From Escherichia phage SUT_E520: a stretch of DNA of 64,000 nucleotides. The position numbers were made by a program, and so were the translations under genes. This document shows positions 26,340 to 34,347 of this stretch, piece by piece. The notes under the pieces were generated by a model. That model did no database searches, was not told the origin of the DNA, and saw only the letters and a program-made list of their open reading frames with translations. The stretch lies in the sequence record OQ990040. One strand, written 5' to 3'. Numbering within the stretch: the first letter of the stretch is position 1; each line of letters begins with the position of its first letter.

Positions 26340-26556
26340 AAAATGGGAAACAAGGAAGTTTCCAGTAAAAGAACGTAAAGTTCCTGTTTACGACACTTCG
26401 GAAAAGCTATGTAGGGTGGTACCGCATAGATTAGCTGGCATCCCTAACATATCCGAGTGGTTACTTAAACAACGGAAAACAAACGTGTCTCTTCGTATCG
26501 GCTTTGAATTAGATAAAGTCTATGCTGAACTTGCTTCTTTACTCAAGGAATCGTAA
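26323..26556 (+). CDS. hypothetical protein
   Basis: ORF track 26314..26556; ATG at MTVKNKKWE overlaps the end of the large gene. Confidence 0.45.
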   Translation: MTVKNKKWETRKFPVKERKVPVYDTSEKLCRVVPHRLAGIPNISEWLLKQRKTNVSLRIGFELDKVYAELASLLKES

Positions 26557-26564
26557 AAATTTAT

Positions 26565-26593
26565 TTGCATAGTGCAAAAAATTTCTGTATAAT
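26565..26593 (+). promoter_or_regulatory. sigma70-type early promoter (TTGCAT-17-TATAAT) with ATAAATTTGAGAGAGGAG leader
   Basis: Hexamers at 17-nt spacing followed by the conserved leader and RBS. Confidence 0.65.
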
Positions 26594-26624
26594 AGATTCA
26601 TAAATTTGAGAGAGGAGTTTAAAT

Positions 26625-27329
26625 ATGGCTGGTTCTCGTAGAAAGAAACATATCCATGAAATCCCGGATGAAGTCTTTAAAAAGGTTATAGAGCATCTGG
26701 AGAACGGTGGTACCAAGAAAGCAGCATGTGAAATGCTCGGCGTATCATCCAATCCAACTATGGAAAGGATGATTGAAGAATGGCAAGACCGCCAGATTCA
26801 AGTGGCTGAAATGAAGAAAAAGAAACGTGGCACACTCATTGAAGGCATTGAGTTAGCTAACGTTATTGAACAGTATTTGTCTGGTGATTCTTTTGAAGAA
26901 ATTGCCGATCGTAATTACCGCTCTGTAGCAATGGTTAAATCTGTTCTGGAACGATATGGTGCTCTGCTTCGTTTGAATGATATTGTAGATCCATTGAATC
27001 CTCCAATTATTCCTGATGATGCTGTAGCAGAAGAATTTGCAGTTGGTGAGCTTGTTTGGGTTCCTGGATACCAGTGTATCGGTGAAATCAAAAAAGCAAT
27101 GGATAACCCTGTTGGTTGTTACCGTGTATGGCTTCTATCAGAAGGCAAACAACAGAACGTTCATTATATGAATTACGAGCTGGCTTCTGTTAAACATCTG
27201 GAAAAGTTAGGGGTAGACGTAAAATCTCTAGGATATAAGTGGACTCGTGAAGAAATTATTACGTTGATTAACGAAGCTGTTAAGGCTGCCCTGAAACTTG
27301 ATAAAGAAAAAGGAAAACGCCGTGAGTAA
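26625..27329 (+). CDS. hypothetical protein with N-terminal helix-turn-helix
   Basis: 234 aa; GGTKKAACEMLGVSSNPTMERM resembles an HTH. Confidence 0.55.
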   Translation: MAGSRRKKHIHEIPDEVFKKVIEHLENGGTKKAACEMLGVSSNPTMERMIEEWQDRQIQVAEMKKKKRGTLIEGIELANVIEQYLSGDSFEEIADRNYRSVAMVKSVLERYGALLRLNDIVDPLNPPIIPDDAVAEEFAVGELVWVPGYQCIGEIKKAMDNPVGCYRVWLLSEGKQQNVHYMNYELASVKHLEKLGVDVKSLGYKWTREEIITLINEAVKAALKLDKEKGKRRE

Positions 27330-27573
27330 GCTAACAGATTTGCTTAAAGATGGGGAAGTAAAAACTCTATATCGTAGAAGCTGGGATAATGACAATAATG
27401 GCTTAGTGTTACTAACTTTAGACGCTGACTCAGATGTAGTTACCCAACATACCTGGGTAGCTGGTAATTATCCCTATAGTGAGGTTGTTACGTTAACAGT
27501 ATGCGAAGCTATTGCTGACGATTGGGAGATTGCCAGCATTGATGATATGCTTGCTGTTGGCCTGGTGGAGTAA
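27320..27573 (+). CDS. hypothetical protein
   Basis: ORF track 27298..27573 (TTG); GTG at 27320 behind AAGGAAAACGCC chosen; start uncertain. Confidence 0.4.
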
Positions 27574-27590
27574 CTACAGAAAAATTTCAG

Positions 27591-27619
27591 TTGCTTAATC
27601 CTATAATTCTTGATATAAT
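27591..27619 (+). promoter_or_regulatory. sigma70-type early promoter (TTGCTT-17-TATAAT)
   Basis: Hexamers at 17-nt spacing upstream of the 27677 gene. Confidence 0.65.
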
Positions 27620-27676
27620 ATTCTCATAGTTTGAAAGAACTATTCTGTTTAATTCTTAATTAAGGAAATATAAAAT

Positions 27677-28087
27677 ATGACTACTCCAACTCAGTGGACT
27701 GATGAACTGTTCGAAAAAATGTCTTCCGAATACGTTGCTCGTATGGAGCAATTCCCAGAGGATGAACGTCCGGGTGTTAGCATGGAAATTGTTAGCGAAA
27801 TTGCTCAGGAAAATGGTGTAACTCCGAACGGTTTTCGTATGAAGTTGACCAAAGCAGGTGTATATATCAAGAAAGCTGCTGGCTCTGCTTCTAAATCTAG
27901 TGCATCTACTGGAGAAAAAGCTTCTGGTGGTTCTCGCACTTCCAAAGCCCAAGCTCATGCCGATCTTCGTTCAGCATTCTCTGATGCTGGCCTAGCACCA
28001 GATTTTCTGGATGATGCAATTATCGACAAACTGACCGGTAAAGCGGCTGCTCATCTGGCAGAAGCAATCCGAGCTATCACTAAGTAA
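27677..28087 (+). CDS. hypothetical protein
   Basis: 136-aa ORF behind RBS TTAAGGAAAT; preferred over the overlapping minus ORF 27656..27958. Confidence 0.6.
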   Translation: MTTPTQWTDELFEKMSSEYVARMEQFPEDERPGVSMEIVSEIAQENGVTPNGFRMKLTKAGVYIKKAAGSASKSSASTGEKASGGSRTSKAQAHADLRSAFSDAGLAPDFLDDAIIDKLTGKAAAHLAEAIRAITK

Positions 28088-28123
28088 TTTTTAGATAAAT
28101 CCACCAACAAAAGGAACACAGTT

Positions 28124-28420
28124 ATGACCAAAGCTGAAATTATCGCACAATGTGAAAAATTTGGTGAGTTTTATCTTCATTACGAGAAACTTCGTCAGAA
28201 AGGAACCACGTACCTTCAGGGTACGATGGAATTTGATCCAGCCCAAGATAAATATCTGGCTGAGCGTATTAAACGTGAACGTATTCGTAAAGCGAAAGAT
28301 GATGAGATCCTTGTCTTCTCTCGTACTAATGATAGCTTCCGTTTTATTCCTGTCGAGAAAGTCCGTCGTGTGACTAGCCTCCAATCAGAGTTAGATCGTG
28401 CTTCTCCAGTAGGCCGATAA
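28124..28420 (+). CDS. hypothetical protein
   Basis: 98-aa ORF behind RBS AAAAGGAACA, followed by a terminator. Confidence 0.6.
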   Translation: MTKAEIIAQCEKFGEFYLHYEKLRQKGTTYLQGTMEFDPAQDKYLAERIKRERIRKAKDDEILVFSRTNDSFRFIPVEKVRRVTSLQSELDRASPVGR

Positions 28421-28430
28421 GAAACCAATT

Positions 28431-28452
28431 AGCCCCTATATGGGGCTTTTTG
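28431..28452 (+). terminator. intrinsic terminator
   Basis: Hairpin AGCCCC-TATAT-GGGGCT followed by TTTTTG. Confidence 0.65.
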
Positions 28453-28470
28453 TGTATTTGGGATATGTAA

Positions 28471-28779
28471 ATGAGCGAACAGGTAAATCAAAACTATGAA
28501 GGACACGTTGATGACCAGTCCATCATACTTTGGGAGAAGGAGGGGGAACAAGTAAGATTAACAGTATCTGAATTTCGTGGGAATCTATACATGGGTATTC
28601 GTTACTGGCTTCTTGATATTAATGATGAATGGTTTCCAACGAAATCTGGCTTCTCTTTTCCTTACACCCTAGAAACAACATCACAGCTTTTCTATGCGTT
28701 TACACAGATTCTTAGCGAATCTGAGGTTTTACATGAAGTACAGAAACGAGCTGAAGAACTCAAAGCCAAGAATGCCTAG
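28471..28779 (+). CDS. PC4-like ssDNA-binding protein
   Basis: 102 aa; LTVSEFRGNLYMGIRYWLLDINDEWFPTKSGFSFP parallels the PC4 C-terminal domain pattern; a PC4 homologue is described for phage T5. Confidence 0.6.
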   Translation: MSEQVNQNYEGHVDDQSIILWEKEGEQVRLTVSEFRGNLYMGIRYWLLDINDEWFPTKSGFSFPYTLETTSQLFYAFTQILSESEVLHEVQKRAEELKAKNA

Positions 28780-28796
28780 TTCTTGGCTTTTTCTTT
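28765..28796 (+). terminator. intrinsic terminator overlapping the PC4-like stop codon
   Basis: 8-bp hairpin GCCAAGAA...TTCTTGGC followed by TTTTTCTTT. Confidence 0.7.
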
Positions 28797-28806
28797 ATAA
28801 ATGTAT

Positions 28807-28835
28807 TTGCTTTCAACTCAGTTTTGTTATATAAT
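28807..28835 (+). promoter_or_regulatory. sigma70-type early promoter (TTGCTT-17-TATAAT)
   Basis: Hexamers at 17-nt spacing with TAAATTAATGAGAGGG leader. Confidence 0.65.
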
Positions 28836-28865
28836 ATTTATATAAATTAATGAGAGGGTTGCAAA

Positions 28866-29138
28866 GTGAAAAAGATAAGTATAAGTACACTTAAACCTTT
28901 CCCGTACATCGGACAGCCTCTTATACTTATGTGGGAGGGGAAGATTAATGGAGAAAAGTATACTAAAACTAGAAGTGGGTATAAGCTGATTTCACTTCAT
29001 TACGAAAAAGAAGTATTAGTAGCTGAAATATACTCTCCGTTGTCAGATAGGCTAGTAAAAACTACATATTTGCATCTTTGCAAAAATTATACATGGCACG
29101 GATCCACTAGACAACCCACATACTATGAGGCAGAATAA
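28866..29138 (+). CDS. hypothetical protein immediately upstream of the ligase
   Basis: 90-aa ORF with GTG start behind RBS GAGAGGG; stop abuts the ligase start. Confidence 0.45.
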   Translation: MKKISISTLKPFPYIGQPLILMWEGKINGEKYTKTRSGYKLISLHYEKEVLVAEIYSPLSDRLVKTTYLHLCKNYTWHGSTRQPTYYEAE

Positions 29139-30110
29139 ATGACCAATGTAAAAGACTTTATTAAACGTTGCCAAGAAGCATATTATCAAGGTATGTCTTT
29201 AATCTCTGATGAAGAGTATGATTGCCTGGTAAAACGCTTTCCGTTAGAAGAAGAGATCGGACCTAAGGGCGATATTCCACATCTGTATCGTATGTATTCT
29301 TTACAGAAAGTTTATTATAATCGTGGAGATAAACCTCCGTTTAACCCGTTAGGTCAAGTAGAAACTGATAAGTTAGATGGTTGTGCAATTTCTCTGTTAT
29401 ATATTAATGGCGAATTTGTTCAAGCACTAACTCGTGGTAATGGTATTCTAGGGAATGATGTCACAAGCAACGTAAGATTGCTGAATATCCCTAAAAAGAT
29501 TTCCCAAAAAGTACCTACTCAAATCACTGGTGAAGTTCTAATTACAAAAGAAGTAGAAAATAAACGTAACTTTGCCTCTGGTGCTATTAACCTCAAAGAT
29601 AGTGATGATTTTGTACAACGTATCGGAGAAGGTGGTTTAATCTTCGTTGCATATGGTATCCAGTGTTCTGCTGAATCTGTAGGTATTACAGAAGCATATT
29701 TAAAAGATATGCTTTGGCTGGAGAATGAGAACTTCTTAACAGTTGTTAATGTGCGTTCCTTCTTTAAATGGATTCCGACGGATGGTAAAGTTGTTCGTAT
29801 TAATGACAACAACAAATTCTTCCGTGAAGGCTGGACTAATAAATTCCCTCGTGGAGCATTCGCTATTAAAGAGGATGAAGAAGGCGAGGTTACAACTCTT
29901 ACTAAAGTTGAATGGCAGGTAGGGGCTTCTGGTAAAGTAACTCCAGTTGGTTATTTCGAACCGGTAATTATTGATGATGCTACAATTGTTAAAGCGACTC
30001 TTAATAACGTTGATTATATTAACTCTCTTGATCTAGAGATCGGTTGCCAGATTCGAGTGATTCGTGCTGGTGGTGTAATCCCGTGCATAGTAGAGCGAGT
30101 ATACGAGTAA
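29139..30110 (+). CDS. ligA: NAD-dependent DNA ligase, N-terminal part (adenylation and OB domains)
   Basis: Catalytic lysine motif ETDKLDGCAISLLY and TRGNG; ends before the Zn-finger/HhH/BRCT region. Confidence 0.8.
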   Translation: MTNVKDFIKRCQEAYYQGMSLISDEEYDCLVKRFPLEEEIGPKGDIPHLYRMYSLQKVYYNRGDKPPFNPLGQVETDKLDGCAISLLYINGEFVQALTRGNGILGNDVTSNVRLLNIPKKISQKVPTQITGEVLITKEVENKRNFASGAINLKDSDDFVQRIGEGGLIFVAYGIQCSAESVGITEAYLKDMLWLENENFLTVVNVRSFFKWIPTDGKVVRINDNNKFFREGWTNKFPRGAFAIKEDEEGEVTTLTKVEWQVGASGKVTPVGYFEPVIIDDATIVKATLNNVDYINSLDLEIGCQIRVIRAGGVIPCIVERVYE

Positions 30111-30253
30111 TACATAACCCTTTGCTACCCATCTACCATATCGGAATTATAAAGTGGTTATTGACATTTTCGCCGCTTAGGTATATACTAGTATCATTCA
30201 GTTGAGGGATAGAAAGTTATGGCGAGGGTAAGCAAAGTTAGTTAAAATTGTAG

Positions 30254-30282
30254 TTGCTAAATGCTTAAATACTTGCTATAAT
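30254..30282 (+). promoter_or_regulatory. sigma70-type promoter (TTGCTA-17-TATAAT) between the two ligase halves
   Basis: Hexamers at 17-nt spacing; a second TTGACA-17-TATACT candidate lies near 30162. Confidence 0.6.
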
Positions 30283-30309
30283 ATTTATATAAATTGATAA
30301 GGAAGAAAT

Positions 30310-31083
30310 TTGATGAAAATCGAAATTCCAACACAATGTCCCTCTTGTGGTTCTAAGCTAGATCTTGTCAACGGACAATTATTTTGTCGGAATAAGTCCA
30401 ACTGTCCAGCGCAATCAAGTAAGTTAATTGAGAACTTCTGTACAAAAATGAAGTTAAAGGGTTTTGGTCCAAAAACTATTGAGAAGCTGGAGCTGACGAA
30501 GATTTCAGAACTATTTTACCTAACCGAAGAAGATTTGGTTAGAGCCGTGGGTAGCAAGGTTGCCGCTAAGTTAATTAGCGAATTAAATACTAAAGTTCGC
30601 GGAGACATTGACTTTGGTTCAGTTCTCGGTTCTTTAGGAATCCCTCTAATTGGAGAGGTTGCAGCAAAGAAATTATCCCAAAATTGCACTAGCTTCCACG
30701 ATGTGAAGGCTGACGGCAAGGCTGGAGAAAATTATAAAGCCTGGCTAAATTCCCCACAAGGCAAGGATGTTATCGAATTACCGTGGAAATTCTCAACTGG
30801 TGCTAAAGCTAAAACCGTCGTTACTGATGATTTAGTTGCCCAGCCAAATGGAATCGCGGTATGTATTACCGGATCTTTGCAAGACTTTGCAAATCGAACG
30901 GATGCAACAAACTATTTAGAAGGTCTAGGATATACGGTTAAGAAATCTGTTACCAAAGACGTCAAATACCTAATCTGTGAGGATGAATCGAAGCGTTCTT
31001 CCTCATCTTATAAGAAAGCCGAAACGAATGGGATAGAAATCCTGTCGATTAAAGAACTATTGGAGAAAAATAATAATGTCTAA
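30310..31083 (+). CDS. ligB: NAD-dependent DNA ligase, C-terminal part (Zn-finger, HhH, BRCT)
   Basis: Cys4 motif CPSCGS...CRNKSNCPAQ, HhH-like GFGPKTIEKL and GIPLIGEVAAKKL, BRCT-like C-terminus. Confidence 0.75.
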   Translation: MMKIEIPTQCPSCGSKLDLVNGQLFCRNKSNCPAQSSKLIENFCTKMKLKGFGPKTIEKLELTKISELFYLTEEDLVRAVGSKVAAKLISELNTKVRGDIDFGSVLGSLGIPLIGEVAAKKLSQNCTSFHDVKADGKAGENYKAWLNSPQGKDVIELPWKFSTGAKAKTVVTDDLVAQPNGIAVCITGSLQDFANRTDATNYLEGLGYTVKKSVTKDVKYLICEDESKRSSSSYKKAETNGIEILSIKELLEKNNNV

Positions 31084-31843
31084 ACTGAACTGGAACGTAG
31101 AAGGTGTAACCGAGTCTCTGAAAGCAAAAGCCACTGCTCTGGGTGTTTCTGTAATCTCTCAAGAACAAGTAGCCGCTATCGCCGCTGAACTGGCTGCTGA
31201 AACTGGCAAAGATGTTACCGCTCGCTCTGTTGGCTCTAAACTGCGTAAAGAAGGTTTTGAAGTACAGAAAGCTAACGAAGTACAGAAATCCCCGTGGACT
31301 CCTGAGCAGGAAGCTGAACTGGTTGATTTCCTGAACGCTCATGCTGGTCAGTATACCTATGCTGAAATCGCTGCTGCTGTAGCTGGTGGTCAGTTCGGTG
31401 CTAAGCAGGTACAGGGTAAGATTCTGAGCCTGGAAATGACCGCTTCTGTTAAACCAACTGAAAAAGCTGCTGCTGTTCGTTCCTTTACTCCGGATGAAGA
31501 AACTGATTTTGTTAATCAGGTTGTTGCTGGTGCTACTATTGAAGCTATCGCTGCTCACTTCGGTCGCAATATTAAGCAGATCCGTGGTAAAGCTCTGAGT
31601 CTGCTTCGTGAAGGTCGTATCGCTGCTATGCCGGTACAGGAAACCTCAAGTGCTAAAACTCGTGAAGATCTGTTAGAAGGTCTGGATCTGGTTAACATGA
31701 CTGTTGCTGAGATCGCTGAGAAAACTGGTAAATCTGAGCGCGGTGTTAAATCTATGCTGTCTCGTCGTGGTCTGGTTGCTAAGGACTATGATGGTGCCGC
31801 TAAGCGTGCTAAACTGGATGCAAAAGCTGCGGCTGCTGAATAA
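31076..31843 (+). CDS. hypothetical Ala-rich protein with three internal HTH-like repeats
   Basis: 255 aa; repeats YAEIAAAVAGGQFGAKQVQGKILSL, IEAIAAHFGRNIKQIRGKALSL, VAEIAEKTGKSERGVKSMLSRRG; E. coli-optimal codons. Confidence 0.6.
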   Translation: MSKLNWNVEGVTESLKAKATALGVSVISQEQVAAIAAELAAETGKDVTARSVGSKLRKEGFEVQKANEVQKSPWTPEQEAELVDFLNAHAGQYTYAEIAAAVAGGQFGAKQVQGKILSLEMTASVKPTEKAAAVRSFTPDEETDFVNQVVAGATIEAIAAHFGRNIKQIRGKALSLLREGRIAAMPVQETSSAKTREDLLEGLDLVNMTVAEIAEKTGKSERGVKSMLSRRGLVAKDYDGAAKRAKLDAKAAAAE

Positions 31844-31858
31844 TCTGGTAAATTAAAC

Positions 31859-31893
31859 CTAAGGGGAGGGGGCTATGCTCCTTCCCCTTTTTG
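31859..31893 (+). terminator. intrinsic terminator
   Basis: Hairpin AAGGGGAGGG...CCTTCCCCTT followed by TTTTTG. Confidence 0.65.
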
Positions 31894-31925
31894 CATTTAG
31901 AAGGCACGAAAGCGTGCAAAGGAGA

Positions 31926-33398
31926 ATGACCTTGTTTAACGTGCAAGCTGTAGTGTTGAAGATGCTTCTAGCTTCCGAACAGAAGCAAATAGCATTGGAA
32001 ACATTCTCAAAACTGCATAAAGATCATTTTAATGACGCTTTCTCCTCAATTTACCAAGCCGTCCAGAATTATTATAAAAAATATAACACAATGCCGTCCA
32101 TTGACGCACTTATGCTTGAAGCTAATAGGAACGCCCGCCTTTCTCAAGCCCTAGTCGTCTTAGCTAACACTCAAATTCCAGAAGTGAGCATGGAACAGGC
32201 ACTTGAAGTCCTAGAGGCCGAGTATACACAGGATTTATTCCTGAAGCTTCTAGAAACAGACGTGCTTCAAGATTTAACAATGCTGGATCAGGGAGAAATT
32301 CTCAACCGAGTTGCCTCCCTTCACTTAAAATTAGAAGAGAAAGTAACGAATACTGGAAAAGTATTCAACGCAGATAACATGCGTATTTTCCAGAGAGAAG
32401 AAGATACCAAACTGAACTTAATCGCTCTTGGTATTTGTAATGAGTTCGATGCTCAAATTGGTTTAGCTCGCACAGAAACGTTACTGCTTGGTGGTTGGCG
32501 TGGTACTGGTAAATCCATTATCTGTTCAAACATACAGGTTCAGCAATATTTGAATGGAGATATTGCTCCATACTTCTCAATTGAGATGAAAGAACATGAA
32601 GTATTTAGACGTAATCTAGCCATGTTAGCCGGGGTATCAGCACTAGCAATGCGTAATAATACTCTAGAAGGTGCAGCTCTATTGAGATTAGCCAGAACTA
32701 GAGCTAGAATGTTCAACGGGGGTGAAGAGCTTTTCGATAACTTCGTTAAACAGTATACAATGGCTAAGATGAGTGATTTCTACGATATGGAGAGTAAGCT
32801 AATAGAGGGGTATGAACTACATACTCCTATGATTATCGTTTATGACCCTGAACTGTCCATTACAACAGTTGACGTAGAATTAAATAAATTAGTTGCTAGA
32901 TATGGTGATAAAGTTACAGTAGCTTTACTGGACTATATTAACCAAACCCGACTTCCAGATTCTAAAACCATTGATATGTATGACTGGAAGGAACAGATGG
33001 TTGTTAGCTCGTCTTTCAAATCCATCTGCCAGAAACATAACGTGGCTGGCGTAGCTCCCTACCAGATCGATCAAGATGGTAGAACACGTATGTCAAAGGG
33101 GATTCTTGATTCCGCAGACATGGCTGCTAATCTTAATGCTGCTAAAGCTGATAATGGTCAAGGTGCTATTATGTTTGACTTTGTTAAGACTCGTTCTTCT
33201 GATAGCGTGAAGTTTATGCCTAAAATGAATTGGGAAACTCTGCGAATGGATAATACTACCAACCTAGCAATGGAAGATATATCTCAAATGGAAGCTGAGT
33301 TCGTTATCCCTATTGAGAAGGATAAGCCGGCTCAACCTAAACGTGCTAAGAAAGACAAAACTGAAAATTCAACAGGTGAACAGGCCAGCGATATATGA
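31926..33398 (+). CDS. replicative DNA helicase (DnaB-like, RecA fold)
   Basis: ORF track 31875..33398 runs through the terminator; start placed near MTLFNVQ; Walker A LLLGGWRGTGKS. Confidence 0.55.
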   Translation: MTLFNVQAVVLKMLLASEQKQIALETFSKLHKDHFNDAFSSIYQAVQNYYKKYNTMPSIDALMLEANRNARLSQALVVLANTQIPEVSMEQALEVLEAEYTQDLFLKLLETDVLQDLTMLDQGEILNRVASLHLKLEEKVTNTGKVFNADNMRIFQREEDTKLNLIALGICNEFDAQIGLARTETLLLGGWRGTGKSIICSNIQVQQYLNGDIAPYFSIEMKEHEVFRRNLAMLAGVSALAMRNNTLEGAALLRLARTRARMFNGGEELFDNFVKQYTMAKMSDFYDMESKLIEGYELHTPMIIVYDPELSITTVDVELNKLVARYGDKVTVALLDYINQTRLPDSKTIDMYDWKEQMVVSSSFKSICQKHNVAGVAPYQIDQDGRTRMSKGILDSADMAANLNAAKADNGQGAIMFDFVKTRSSDSVKFMPKMNWETLRMDNTTNLAMEDISQMEAEFVIPIEKDKPAQPKRAKKDKTENSTGEQASDI

Positions 33399-34285
33399 GT
33401 AGAATAACAGAACTACTTGATCTGAAAGGCATTGAATATAAAGACACAGGTGGGGACATCCTCATCTGTTGTCTCAATCCAGATCATGACGATAAACACC
33501 CAAGTTTGCGTATTGATCCTGAAACAGGTATTATGCACTGCTTGAGTTGTGGCTTCGGTAAAGGTATACCGAGCATTTACCATTATTTTAATGAGACTCA
33601 GTACCGACAGTCTCCAAGACTATCGCAGGTACGTAAAAAGATTTCAGAGATTAGGAATGGATCTACAAATCTTGCAATTCCTGAATCTGCTTACCTTTTC
33701 GAAGGTGATTTCCGAGGTATAAGTTCTAAGACCTTGAAGAAATACTTTGCTTTCCAACACCAAGCAGACTGGGAAGGCAGAATTGTATTCCCAATCACAG
33801 ATGCTGTTGGACGCAATATCCTATTTTTGGGTCGTTCTATAAACAGTTCTGCCCCTCCTAAATACTTAGTAAAACCAAAACAAGTTTCACCACCGATTTT
33901 CCCTGTACGATATAATACTCCAGTTCTTATTCTAGTTGAAGGTATCTTTGATATGCTGAACCTAGAGGATAATGGTATAGACTATGCTTCTTGCTGCTTT
34001 GGTACACATCAGTTTACTTCAGATAACATTGCAGATAAGTTTAGCCCTTATATTATTGCTGGTGTAAAAGTTGTTGTTATCTTACTAGATAATGATGCTT
34101 CTGGTAATAAAGCTGCACAAGCGTTGGCCAAGCTAATTCGTACAAAAACGCGTTTAACACCTGTAGTGGCTAACTTTCTTCTACCCGAAGGTAAAGACCC
34201 TGGTGACTTAAATAAAGAAGAAATTGATATGTTAGCAAAACGTATTGAAATTTTAGTTGCTGAATCGCTTAAAGATTTGGTATAA
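33395..34285 (+). CDS. DNA primase (CHC2 zinc finger plus Toprim)
   Basis: Zn-finger CCLNPDHDDKHPS...HCLSCGFGKG; Toprim VEGIFD and LDNDASG; ATGA overlap with the helicase. Confidence 0.7.
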   Translation: MSRITELLDLKGIEYKDTGGDILICCLNPDHDDKHPSLRIDPETGIMHCLSCGFGKGIPSIYHYFNETQYRQSPRLSQVRKKISEIRNGSTNLAIPESAYLFEGDFRGISSKTLKKYFAFQHQADWEGRIVFPITDAVGRNILFLGRSINSSAPPKYLVKPKQVSPPIFPVRYNTPVLILVEGIFDMLNLEDNGIDYASCCFGTHQFTSDNIADKFSPYIIAGVKVVVILLDNDASGNKAAQALAKLIRTKTRLTPVVANFLLPEGKDPGDLNKEEIDMLAKRIEILVAESLKDLV

Positions 34286-34286
34286 T
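34257..34286 (+). promoter_or_regulatory. sigma70-type promoter (TTGCTG-18-TATAAT) at the end of the primase gene
   Basis: Hexamers at 18-nt spacing followed by an inverted repeat TGGTAAGT...ACTTACCA and RBS AGAGGAG. Confidence 0.5.
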
Positions 34287-34347
34287 ATATTGGTAAGTTA
34301 GAGAAGAAACACTGAAGTTATACTTACTTACCAAGAGGAGATTAAAT

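Noticed and set aside
27656-27958. 100-aa minus-strand ORF
   Set aside because: Overlaps the plus-strand gene 27677..28087, which has an RBS and lies in the plus-strand operon; the minus frame has an Arg/Ser/Phe-rich chance composition.
31049-31558. 169-aa minus-strand ORF
   Set aside because: Antisense to the codon-optimised plus-strand gene 31076..31843; Ser/Phe-rich chance frame.
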